A stretch of DNA of 64,000 bases from Monocercomonoides exilis PA203. Its lineage: Eukaryota; Protista; Preaxostyla. Both the position numbers and the translations under genes were made by a program. The notes under the pieces are model-generated. The model saw nothing but the letters and a program-made list of their open reading frames with translations, was not told where the DNA came from and made no database searches. Location of the stretch: assembly GCA_001643675.2 (NCBI GenBank), contig LSRY02000059.1:248001-312000 (forward strand), written 5' to 3'. This document shows positions 1 to 11,300 of the stretch, piece by piece (position 1 is the stretch's first letter; every line of letters starts with the position of its first letter).

Positions 1-963
1 GCAGATTTCATTTATAAAGCACTTAGTTGAAGAGGACCTTCAATGTTATCATCTCCTAAAAGTTCAGATGGACTTGAAGCAAGCAATGATGGATAATCTT
101 TAATAATTGTATTTATTCCTCATCTTCCTTCCTTTATTTTTCTTCTTCTTCTTCTCCTTCTCCTTCATTTGCTTCACCTGCCTTTCCTTCTCTTCCATCT
201 CCTTTGAATATGCTGCCGTTCATCACCGAATCCAAAACACACACATGTTTGTCTGAGCATCTGCTGTTTCTACCAACTTCTCCTCTGCACAACACAGACT
301 CTCCCAATCGCCATCAGCATAGGAACTGCAAAAATACCTCCCACTTCACATTCGTCCCACAAAGTTACCATTGCGATCGAGAGGCTCAATCATCATCAGC
401 ATTAACTTCTGTATCTTCTTCTTCTTCCACTTCCCCTTCCTCTTCCACTTCCACTTCCAGTTCTTCTATCTCTTCTTCATTATCTCTTCCCTCCGTCTTC
501 TCTTTAACGACTTGCCATCGGCTGGAGCAGCGGCTGTAAGTTGCTCATAAGCACTTGTCTCTCATCACATTACGCAACCATTTCTCCATCGCGCACAGAA
601 TCTACAGATGGATAAATTCCCACTTCGGAGGAATTCCTTGGAATTAGCGAGAGTCAATTTCCAGGAATTTCGGAGAAAAAGAAGAGAGAAGGAAAATGAG
701 GAGAAAAAAGTGGTAAACCTCTCGATAAAGTGATAGAGTTCTTTTATTCTTCTGTCTTTTTGAAATATCATATGTTAAACTAGTTTCTTTTCAGTTCAAT
801 TTTGAACTAATTGGAGGAGGAAAATATGACACGATTGTTAAAAGGGGGAAACAGTAGTTATTCTGCTTGATAACGATGACGAGAAAGAAGAGGAAGAAGC
901 AAGACATAATGGTGATGGAGATAATGATGAGAGAAAAGAGGAAGAGAAGAAAGAAATGAAGAA

Positions 964-2397
964 TAGGAGAAGGAAGAGGAAGAAGATGAGGAAGAGGAGG
1001 ATGAAGAAGAAATATCAGAAGAAGAAGGAGAAGAGATGTCTGACTGGGAGCTGCTGGAAGATGTGAGCACGTTTGAAACATCATCACACTCCGAAACATT
1101 CGAAATGGTTTATATGAAGCAATGCAAATAGTCTGATAAACACACAACAACTCCAACATCTGCATCTACATCAATAGCAGCAGCAGCAACAAACTCAACA
1201 TCAACTGCTTTTGCTGCAGCTTCTGCTTCTGCTTCTGTTTCTGCAGCAACAGCTGCAGCTCCAACCGCCTCCGACTCCATTCCCGACAAGGCTGTTCATT
1301 CCACATTTCCTTCACCAACTTTCTCTCCCTTGTCTCTTTATCCTTCTTCTGTTTCTCCAATCTCTCCGTTAAAATACTCTGCTAAATCCACTATTTCCGG
1401 CATGTCTTCTGATAAGTCAATCTCTTTCCCTTCCCCTTCCCCTTCTGCTTCTGCTTCCTTTATCTCTGTCTCATCTTCCACTCCTCGCTCTGATTTGGAG
1501 CTATGTGCAGCACTGCCCCTCTTCTTGCCCTCTCCCACACAGTCACTTTCATTTTCACTGCCAATTTCTCTGCTTCCTCCTTTCATGCTGCCTTTCCTGC
1601 CTTCTTCTTTTTCCGTTTTACAGCCAGCAAGTTCTCTGTCTTCGTCGCTTCTTCCCCTCGCCATCCTAACACATTCTGCTCTATCTTCTTCTTTTGCTTC
1701 TTCCGTCTCTTCAACAGACAGCACAATCAGAAAAGGATTTACCAAAACTGTCACATTTGGAGAATCTCTTCCTCACATCGAAGGATCGCCTTCCTCTCTT
1801 GTGCCATCCACTGACAGCTCCAAGCCTTCTTCATCCACTTCTTTTCCTCTTCCTTCTCCACCTTCTTCGTTTCCCTCCCACGGAACATACGAAGGCGCCT
1901 CAGTCGCTTCCTCCTCTTTCCTCAGGGAATCTCCTCGTCCTCTGCTATGCCCAGGCAAAAAATCTCTCTTGTCATCTTTTCTCCGCTTCATCAAAAAGGT
2001 GTTCCAGCCGGCAGTCCTCATCGCTTCTCCAAAGGCGAAGAGAAAGAAAGAGAAAGATGATTTCTTCCCTTTCTCGCAGGCTAACACTGTTTCCTTGTTT
2101 TTTGGGAGGAAGCAGAATGTCAAAGACGGAGAATCTGTCCAGCTGTTGTATCACCACACACTCCGCACATCATCACTCTTGGGTATTGTTGGTGCCTCAC
2201 TCGCTTCTTCGTTTTCTCCTTTGTTATATTCTTTTGCCTCTTCCTCCTCCTCCTCATTGTCATCATCTTCATTATCTTTTTCTTCTTCTTCTTCCTCTTC
2301 TTTTTCTTTTTCTTTTTCTTTTTCTTTTTCTTTTTCTCCTTCTCCTCCTCCTCCTCTTCTTCTTCTTTATCATCGTCTATTCTTCTCACAAATCTGA
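964..2397 (+). pseudogene. Degenerate low-complexity (Glu-, Ala- and Ser-rich) coding remnant; probably extends further 5'
   Basis: The frame of ORF 1330..2397 continues upstream as EKEEEEDEEEEDEEEISEEEGEEMSDWELLEDV...KQCK*SDKHTTTPTSASTSIAAAATNST, with in-frame TAG at 964 and 1129. No recognisable domain. Confidence 0.35.
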
Positions 2398-3083
2398 CTG
2401 ACGCTTTCAATTGCATTTTTTTTAAGCAAAAATCCCCAACTAACACTTCCGCACAGATTTTGAATGAATTTGTGAAAGTTGAAAAGGGAAGAGTGTAACT
2501 TAACAACGAATATGACATAAGAGAGTGAGAGAGAGGAACAGGAGAAGGAGAGAAACGGAATAAAGAAAAAAGAAGAAAATTATAAAAGAGAATGAAATAA
2601 GAGAAGAGGAAATAGAGAACGAAGGTCTGGAAAAAGATCTTGATATGGAAAAGAAAAGAAAAATGATGTAAGCATGGACTTTATAGATGAACCCTGCGAG
2701 TTAACCAGAATATGTTCAGTTTTTCAAAGGATTTATTCTATCAAAAAGGAAATAATTTGATGTGAGAAAAATAGTAACATAAGGAAAATTAAACCTTAAA
2801 AAGAGTTGATGAATTTGTGAACTCATTTCAGTTGTTGTATTCGTTGATTCAACCTTCTTCATCTAATGCACTATCTTAGCAATTTTTCAAAAGAACAACT
2901 TTTTTTCATTTATATTTGATTAATTAAAGATTATTATGAAAAAAAATACAAACTTCATTTCCAAATGTTTGTGTATTGTTTCAGGAATAATTGATGAAAT
3001 GAATAATCAAGTTAAAATTATTTCATAGAATGAAAATATTTGGATTTTTTTTTTGTTTTGTTTAAATTAAAAAAAGAGAAGCA

Positions 3084-6000
3084 TTATATTCGAAGGAGAG
3101 CATCCAGCGTCTGAATGCTTATTGGAAAATTTTTATCACCGAGAATGAATCTCATTTTGGATATGATTCGTTCGCAACTTGCTTCGCTGCAAGGAGAACA
3201 AATCAGAGTCAAGCAGAGTCCCGAGAAAACCATTTGCAGATCTCCGTAGGAGGAAAAGGCCCTGTAAAAAACTTCTGAGTCTTTTTCAATCACACTTTCT
3301 GGGCTTGATTTCAAAAGCCTTTGAAAAATTAATAAGCATACATTTGGGTGATTCTTTTTGATAAGTCGCAAATGTTTAATTTTCAAATAAATCAAAAATT
3401 TCATATCTTGATCAAATTTCGGTCCCCTCTCATGGAACTTCACAGAAATGTGTTAAATAGCATTGTCAAATTATACTAGGTTCGGGTTTTGTGAAGTTCC
3501 ATGAGAGGGGACCGAAATTTAATCAAGATATGAAATTTTTGCATTATTTGAAAATTAAACATTTGCGACTTTTCAAAAAGAATCACCCATTTATGTATTT
3601 TTCTTCCAGGTGTCGAATTGATTTTCTTGTGTACTTCGAGAAAGCTTCAAATAATCGTGAATACCAATCGGCTGTTTAGTAATTTTCTATGTTCTTCAAT
3701 ATTTCCATTTCTTTTTCAAAAGATAATTCATTGCACAATTCAATCTTTCTTGTCGAGAAAAGAAGTTCAACTTCATTATCATCATGTACGCTGATATCCA
3801 TTTCTTGTTCATCATCATTTTCGTCAGAATTATCTTCGAAAGCACTAGATGAATTTCTTAGTTCTAAATCAATCGAATGTGGCTCACTTGTATCGTTAAA
3901 TGTCAATGTCGAGGAAACTTCGGAGTTAATCTCTTGCGAGAAAGAGCTGTTGAAACATGAAAGTTGACAATTTGAAGAAGATGAAGATGAAGCTGGTGAT
4001 AGCAAGGATGAGGAAGAGGATGAAGATAAAGCAGAGACTGAGGCAGAGGCCGAGGAAGAAGAAGACGACGACGAAGAGGAGGAGGAAGAGGAGGAAAGCA
4101 CTGCCGTTCTATCAGAAGTTTCATTCGCAATTGTTTCTGATTCAAATTTTCGTAAAGATCCAAATTCGAACATATCATCAGAGGAAAGTTCTTCTGCCAG
4201 AAGTGATCCAAGTTCATGGTCTTCTGAATCGCTTTCTGCTTCTTCTTCTCCTGAAATATTATTATTCTCAATAGAAAAAACAAATTGATCATTTTCAATT
4301 TTCTGTATCAAATCTAAAATACTTGCTATACACTCTTAATTGATTAATTCCGATTCTCTTGATGTAATATTATTCTTTGCTTGGAAAAACCCGTCAATTG
4401 TTAAACAATGATTATCAATATGATTATCTTGATTTTGCAAATGCGACAAAGCTGACAACTGAGCCTCGGTATTCAATACAGAGTTTGTTGATAAATATGC
4501 TTTTTGCGTGTTTGTAGAAACTTTTTGAGATAATTGCAATGATGCAAAATTTTGAGAAGAAAAGTCTGATGCATCTGAAGATAGAGAATGTAATTCAGAA
4601 GCACCATCCAGACTTACTGTTATTGTTGAATTCTCTGTAAGATTTTTCTCCTTTTCTTTTTCTTGGTAATTTGAAGCATCAATAAAGTTTTGAGTGAACA
4701 TTTTGAGTCTGTATAATTGCATTCCAATGGGAGTTAATGAAAACGCTAAAGGAATTATATGACCATAAGTTCCCATGAAAAAATAATTATGTAATAAAAC
4801 AAGAATGTTTGTAATCGCATTGTGCCATTCCAAATCTTTGAATAAGCTATGTTTTGATAAACTTATTAGAAATGAAACTGATTGGATTAGAGCTGGAAAA
4901 ACTTGCCACATTTTTGTATGATCATTCTCAAAAAACAAGTGCAGCTTGTACAATGGATGAAGAATGACTTCTGTTTTCATAATATTAATCAGCTCATCCA
5001 AATCCAACAGCTTTTCTTTTCTAATCATTTCAAACTTTTTTCTTTCAAACGAGCATATTTGGAACAAGCTGTGCCATCTTGTTGCAACAAAAGCAGGAAC
5101 GGCCTTCTTCAGAATTGATCTGTATGTTTTTGTATGGGATCTTTCCGAAAATTCCAAAATAGAATATTTCATTTTCGAAAGAAACTTTATTTTGCTGAAT
5201 GATGAAGAAATTACTAAGTTCGTCAAATGGTTGCAGCAGTAAATAAAAACAGGTTCTATTGTTGGAGTCGCTTGAGAAGAGGAAGATCCAGTAAAACTTT
5301 GTTGAATTAAAAGATTAATAGCTTTTCTTTGTGCTGCCAACCCATCTGTGCAAAAACTTCTTATAATAGAATTAAAAGAAGAAAAATCTTTTGCTAATTT
5401 TTGAAATAAAACCAAATAATCATCTGCTTTGTAACATGGAGGAAAAATTCCCCAAAAAAAAAGGTGTTGATAATAAAAATAATTGACAAACAGTTACAAC
5501 TGTGCACTGTTTATGGGCTACAGATGCACCATCAACCATTACACATAATCCACAATTCGTAATTTTTGTTTTTCGTTCCTTTTCCACTTTTGCTTTTTCT
5601 TTCAAAACTGAATATGAAACCTTTCTCCTTGTTAAATATGGGAAAATAGATTTTGTATTTACTGAAGGATTGGCTTGCCCAGCTCGAATAAGTGATGAGT
5701 AAAATTCATTTGATGCTTTTGATGAAGCGGATGAAAACGAAATATTGCATTTTGTGATCATCGAAACAAATTGTGTTTCTAACGTCTCATGAATAGGTAT
5801 TGATGGAGATATGTGATTGTTTTGTTGAGTAATTGAATAATTTTTGCTCGCAGCTTGTCTAAATAGAATTGTAATAAAGTTAGTTTTTAGTGAATTGCAT
5901 TTGTGATTCAAAATTGAAGGACTGCTTTTTCTTCCGCATATTCCACAGCTGATTCCATCTTTGCAAACTGGACAAAGATAATATCGGTGAAAATCTTTCT

Positions 6001-6405
6001 TCGGTGTTCCGTCTTCTTCAACTTTCACAAATGTAATCCACAAATTATTGTTGAAATTTTCGAACGCTATTTTTGAAATGAAATTGTTTTTTTTTTTTCA
6101 CTAGATTCTCGTAAACTCAAAGTAATTTTGTTTCAATTCATTTGTTAATCACAAATAAATAAATAATAAGAAAACCAAAACCTGCTCCAAATTTTGTTTC
6201 ACAATGCTTTGAAATATTAATGAACTGTGCATTCGCTTCCTTTAACTGTTTGACCTTGTCTTCAAAGGCTCTAGCATGAAAAAAATTATACAACGAAAAA
6301 TCGAAAAAATAATAGGATAAAAAAAACAACCAATAATGAATTTGATAAAGAAATTTTCAACTCATCAACAAGTTTGGTTTTAATTTCATCACATATATTT
6401 TCCAT
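3084..6405 (-). pseudogene. Disrupted hAT-superfamily transposase
   Basis: Motifs in hAT order: Cys/His zinc-finger-like region (CPVC..CGIC..HKC), first Asp VMVDGAS, second Asp FCTDGLA, CxxH (YCCNHLTNL), VATRWHS and C-terminal PCSEASCERIISK. Lesions: 1-nt frameshift in the homopolymer at ~5450-5463, in-frame TAA at 4336 and 3676, and a MITE insertion at 3346-3588. The ATG at 6405 and short 5' exons are tentative. Confidence 0.85.
3346..3588. mobile_element. 243-bp MITE/foldback with ~100-bp inverted arms, GGG...CCC ends and ATTT target duplication
   Basis: Arms 3346-~3448 and ~3487-3588 are imperfect reverse complements (GGGTGATTC...GAATCACCC). ATTT lies at 3342-3345 and 3589-3592. Removing the element plus one ATTT restores the transposase frame (EEKYI-NVCLLIFQ). 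Confidence 0.92.
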
Positions 6406-6407
6406 TT

Positions 6408-6676
6408 TGACACTGAATGTCACTGACTTCACTGACAGTCAGTAGATCATAAAAATCCGAAATAGACTTCTATGTCAGAAACCCATAAAATTGTCAATAC
6501 TAATAATTCACAAAATGTTTAGATTATTATTAATAATAATTTTGAATTATTAATTTTTTTTGTATAAAAATTGATCAAAATAAATGAAAATGCGGAATAT
6601 TTAAAAAAACTCTTTTTGAGCTCAATGTCAGTCAGTTGAATTTTTTGGCCCGTCAAATGTCAGCATGTAACACATG
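6408..6676. repeat. Cluster of TGAC/GTCA motifs; possible subterminal region and end of the hAT element
   Basis: About ten TGAC/GTCA motifs at 6408-6441, 6474, 6493 and 6627-6662, just upstream of the transposase start. No matching opposite terminus was found. Confidence 0.35.
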
Positions 6677-6796
6677 TTTATTTTATTTAACAAAATTCAT
6701 CATATTTGTGAAATATTTAAATTGTATATTGATGTGAAGCAGTTTATTTTTATCAACATTTTCATCCGTTATTCGCATGGCAGTTTGCTATATATA

Positions 6797-7197
6797 GTTA
6801 GTGTAAATAATGGTGGACACTTTCAATAACTGCGGACAGTCGCATTATCTCAACAACAGTTGATAGTTGCATTTTGACAATTTACCCAATTATTCCTTCA
6901 ATGAATATGAACTGATTTGAATTGTTTTTATGACTTATTCAACACAGTAATATTTCATAATAATTATTTATTCTTTTCGGAGAAACTCGGAGAAATTAGA
7001 TTCTCCGAGTTTCTCCGAAAATAAAAAAGTTTCTTTCTTTATTCTTGGGAGCAAGTTGTTTCATTTTTGAATGACCCACAAGTTTGTATTCAATGAGAGA
7101 ATAATTGGGCTTTATGTCGAAAAACAACTATCAATAGTTGTTGAGATAATGCGACTGTCCACAGTTATTGAAAGTATCCACCATAATTAACACTAAC
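6797..7197. mobile_element. ~400-bp foldback MITE with ~115-bp inverted arms and a central perfect hairpin
   Basis: Arms GTTAGTGTAAATAATGGTGGACACTTTCAATAACTG... and ...CAGTTATTGAAAGTATCCACCATAATTAACACTAAC. TA flanks both ends (TATA left, TATT right). A 21-bp perfect stem (6974-6994 / 7001-7021) sits exactly at the centre. Confidence 0.85.
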
Positions 7198-7201
7198 TAT
7201 T

Positions 7202-7971
7202 CACCATTTATTATTCAAATTTGGAAAACTAATTATTCAAAATTAATAAACTAATTATTCGAAATTGGTAAACTTCTAATTCAAAATTAATAAAATTCAG
7301 AATTTTTTATAAAAAATTTTTTTTGATAAAATATGATCACTGGCTGAATGTCGGAAAGTGATTAAAATGTTTTGTTTTTTCATTATTCTTAAAAAGGATG
7401 AAAATTGAACCCCAATTTTTATTATTTGTGAATAAATTTGAAAATTTTTGATATTTCAGAAAAAAAATCATCTTCATGAAAATCAGATAATTTTCAAATG
7501 AATTCACATCTCATTGTTCGATTACACATTTATGAATCGAAATAAATAATTTGCATCAATTCAAAATGCTGAAAACAAAAAATATTCACAACTGAATAAA
7601 TCTGTCAATGCACGTTCGGAATTCTTGATGTTTTATTAATAACTTTATAGAATATGTTTAAATATCAATAACTTTTCTTGATTGAATTTTACATTATTTA
7701 TCGATGTGAGGTGAATTCATTTGAAAATTATTCGATTTCAAGGGTGATGATTTTTTTTCTGAGATATCAAAAATTTTCAAATTTATTCACAAATAATAAA
7801 AATTTGGGTTCAATTTTCATCCTTTTTAAGAATAATGAAAAAACAAAACATTTTAATCACTTTCCGACATTCAGCCAGTGATCATATTTTATCAAAAAAA
7901 TTTTTTATAAAAAATACTGAATCTTTTTAATTTTAGAAAAAAAATTAAACTATTAAGAATAGTAAATAGTG
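7202..7971. mobile_element. 770-bp foldback element: CAC...GTG 15-bp termini, TATT target duplication, ~220-bp internal inverted arms
   Basis: Left end CACCATTTATTATTC versus reverse complement of the right end CACTATTTACTATTC (13/15). TATT lies at 7198-7201 and 7972-7975. Near-identical inverted arms at ~7295-7513 and ~7705-7922. Confidence 0.8.
7211..7298. repeat. Four 22-bp tandem units in an A-B-A-B pattern
   Basis: ttattcaaatttggaaaactaa / ttattcaaaattaataaactaa / ttattcgaaattggtaaacttc / taattcaaaattaataaaattc. Confidence 0.75.
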
Positions 7972-8339
7972 TATTTTTTTTACCAAATTTAAAAAAACTC
8001 ATCCACAGAGTGAAATATATCTATTGAAATGCTTTAAGTTACATATTTTGTCACAATCTTTCAAAAATAATGTGAAAAAATGAATGAGATTTCGTTTGAG
8101 TTTATTCTAAAAAGCATTTGAAAAGAAATGAGAGAAAAAATTCTGAAAAATTCTGGAGAAAATAATCCAAATAAGATATAAATTTCGTGTGTTTGTTTAT
8201 ATATACGATTATAAGATATTATACTATTTTTGATTGTTCTAACATATTGATTCTATTATTCTTCATTTCGATCATTCGAGAACCATAAGTCCATTTCATT
8301 TTTTATTTGTTTTTGCTTTTACTTCGTTTCACGGCTTGC

Positions 8340-11300
8340 ATGTACGTGATACAGTTGATGGTTGCTGTTGCAATTACTATTATTAACGGCGATTTGAACT
8401 GCCAGCAGGAAATAACGTATCCATCACATGACACCTTCTGTGAAAAATGTTATGAAAATTGTCTTATTTACAGACGAATTTCGAAGACGGGTATGAAATT
8501 GCTTGAATTTATATGAATTTATATGTTATAACTGAATTTCGTTTTTGTTGAAATTTCTGCATTTATTATGGAAGAACTGCTTGATAATAATCATAAATAC
8601 ATAAATGACGAAAAAGGAAAAGCCAACAAATATCAAACACACAAAACACCAATTCCTTTGCGCGCATCTACACATATGAGGAGAATTCGCAAAGAAAGTC
8701 AATTTAAAGGAAATTTGAGATTGATTAATTCATCAGTTGAGTTGAGGGGGATGGGGCAGGTGGGGGGTGAGCGTGGGAGTGTGGTATGTGGTTTGAGGGG
8801 GAGTGTGGTTGTGGTGAGAGGGTGTGTTGTGGGGGTGGGGAAGGATGATGGGGCAGGGGCATTTGATCTGAGTGGGAGTATTGGGGTGTTGACAAATATC
8901 ACATTGAAGGGGTGGAGAAGAGGAGGAGAGATATATTCAGGAAGGCTGTTTGGAGGGAAGGGATATGGAGAGGAGAAGGGTGGATGCGAAGAAAAAGGAG
9001 GAGGAGGAGGAGAAAGAGGAAGGGGAAAAGGAAGAGAAGGAGATGGAGACAGAGAAAGCATTGAAGGGAGTATTTCAGTGAGTGAATCACACTTCTCTTC
9101 TTTTTGTGTCTCATCGGCCCCATTCCTTTCTTCACCTTCAATACCCCTAATATCCCTATCTCATTTGACATTTTTCAACATTTCAACATCAAATGATGCA
9201 TGCTCATCTGCAACCACTACGTCAACCCAAGCCACATGTTTGATGAGTAGCTGCTCATTTTCATCGATTTGCGATGTGTATGATGGCGGAATTGTTCCTT
9301 CACTCAACAACTACTATGCCTCTTTGACTGCTTCAAACACCTCATTCGTTGGATGTTGTCGGACAAGAAACGTTGTATGTGAAGGAAATGCAGATGGAAA
9401 GTTGACTCCTGGGAGGCAGAGCATTACAGAAAATGGAGCAAATTCATTCACTTGGTGTGAATGGAACGGATCGAAGACTACTGGAAACAAAGATGATTAT
9501 GCAGACGATGCTTCTAATGGTGGAGCAATTCGCATGAATAATTTGGAGAATGGTAAGCTTTCAGTTTCTTATTGTTCATTCAATGATTGCTATGCTTATT
9601 ATGCAGGAGGAGGGGTCATGTGCAATGGAATCAATTCTATTGAGATAGAAAACAATTTTTTTAATTCTTGCGAAGGACAAAATCGCTATGGAGGTGGAGT
9701 ATTTGCTTGTATTATTTCAACATGCGTTCGAATCAGCGGATGTGAATTCCAGAATTGCAAAACAAGAGAATGCGGAGGAGGACTTTTTCTCGACACTTTT
9801 CAGATATCTGGATCAGGTTGCATTGGCATGGAAAATGAGGGAGGGGAGAGTGCGTGTGTGTTTGACAGCAATTTCACTTCGTGTTCTGTGATATTTTCAT
9901 GCGGAGGAGGGATGTATTGTCAAACTGTTCCTGCTCAATTCAAAATGAGGAGCATCCAGTTTATTTCTTGTTACACAATATCAGACGGCGGAGGATTGCA
10001 TTTTGAACCGAGACAATCTACATTACCAAGCAATAACGTTTATTGCTTTTTTCTCTTCTTCCACGATTGCAGATGCACTGCCTCTTCTCCGTATGGACAC
10101 GATATAATGTATTATGATCGCTATGATCTTTTTAATTCTTCAAACAATCCTTTCTATGAATCGTATACAACGAACGCAAATGAAAATAGATTGTCCTATG
10201 CTTATTATTCAAACGGTTGGATTTATCAACATACAGAAAAGAAGGATTGGCTGATAGATAAAACGATTTACGTTTCGGTTAATGGAAATGACTTGTATGA
10301 ACGATGCGGGGCAAATGAGACATTTCCGTGTTTGACGGTGAAGAAGGCGGTTGAGATGTGTGAGATATTGATTAGCTTGGCTGTCACTCCAATGGAAGGG
10401 ATTCACATGAGCGAGACAACAACAATTGATATTGGAACAAAGAAACTTTCAGTCATTGGAACAGGCAAAGATAAAAGTTCTATTGAAACAGGAACGCTTT
10501 TGCCTTCTTCCCCTTCAACAAGAACATTATTCAGTGTGTCAACGGGTCACCTTGGTTTATTGCATATGAAGGTTGACTGCAACTCAAATTCAAATCCTTT
10601 ACCAAGTGTGGTTGTGGTGTCTGATGGGAGTGGGTCACTTTCATTGGAGGAAATTGTGATCACCACGAGTAAAACAGGAGAGTATGTGATGTCGTCGTCA
10701 GTGTTTGTGGTGTCGCTGACGCAGCTGTCGATGGTTGATGTGGTGATTAAAAATATGAATGTTTCAAAGCCATTGTTCTCTGAGCAGAATCTCTCTTCTC
10801 CTTCTTCTTCTTCTTCATTATCGTCATCTGCATTGTATCTGATAGTCACAGCATCAGGAGACAGCGAGCTGGCGAATGTGAAGGTGACGAATGTGAAGTT
10901 AACTGAAGGAGATGGGGTGGTTGTAGCAAAGTGTGTGACAGAAGGGGAGACATTTGTGGTCAAGAATGTGACAATCGAAAATTGCGAGTGCAAGACAGGA
11001 AGTGGTGGTGGAATCAAGGTTGATTTATTATCACTTTCAAGCAAATTGCGAGCAGGGACTTTATCAGCCTCAGCAAACGAAGCAACAAAATTCAACAATT
11101 GCAAGTGCAGCGGATATGGTGGCGGGATAATGCTGCATCTGGAAGATGGCTCGCACGACTTCTCGGTTGTGTCTGTGGACTTTACAGGTTGCACCGCGAA
11201 ATATGGGGGAAATTATGTGTTTGTGAATGGAAAAGATTCTGAGAACTGGGGAATAACAACAGAAAATCTGAAAGGTATACAGCGCATATCATCATTAAAG

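Noticed and set aside
3346-3588. The MITE acting as an intron-generating element (GT near one end, AG near the other)
   Set aside because: Splicing at the terminal GT and AG would leave 14 extra nt and shift the frame.
3491-3679. ORF MKFHERGPKF duplicated on both strands
   Set aside because: An artefact of the MITE's inverted arms, not a gene.
964-4338. In-frame TAA/TAG codons suggesting a TAR=Gln genetic code
   Set aside because: Intact genes terminate at TAA/TAG (IDI1, PI3K, surface protein) and multi-kb ORFs contain no internal TAR. The stops are confined to the decayed region, which also has frameshifts.
7211-7298. CRISPR-like array
   Set aside because: Contiguous degenerate 22-mers with no unique spacers, no cas genes and a eukaryotic context.
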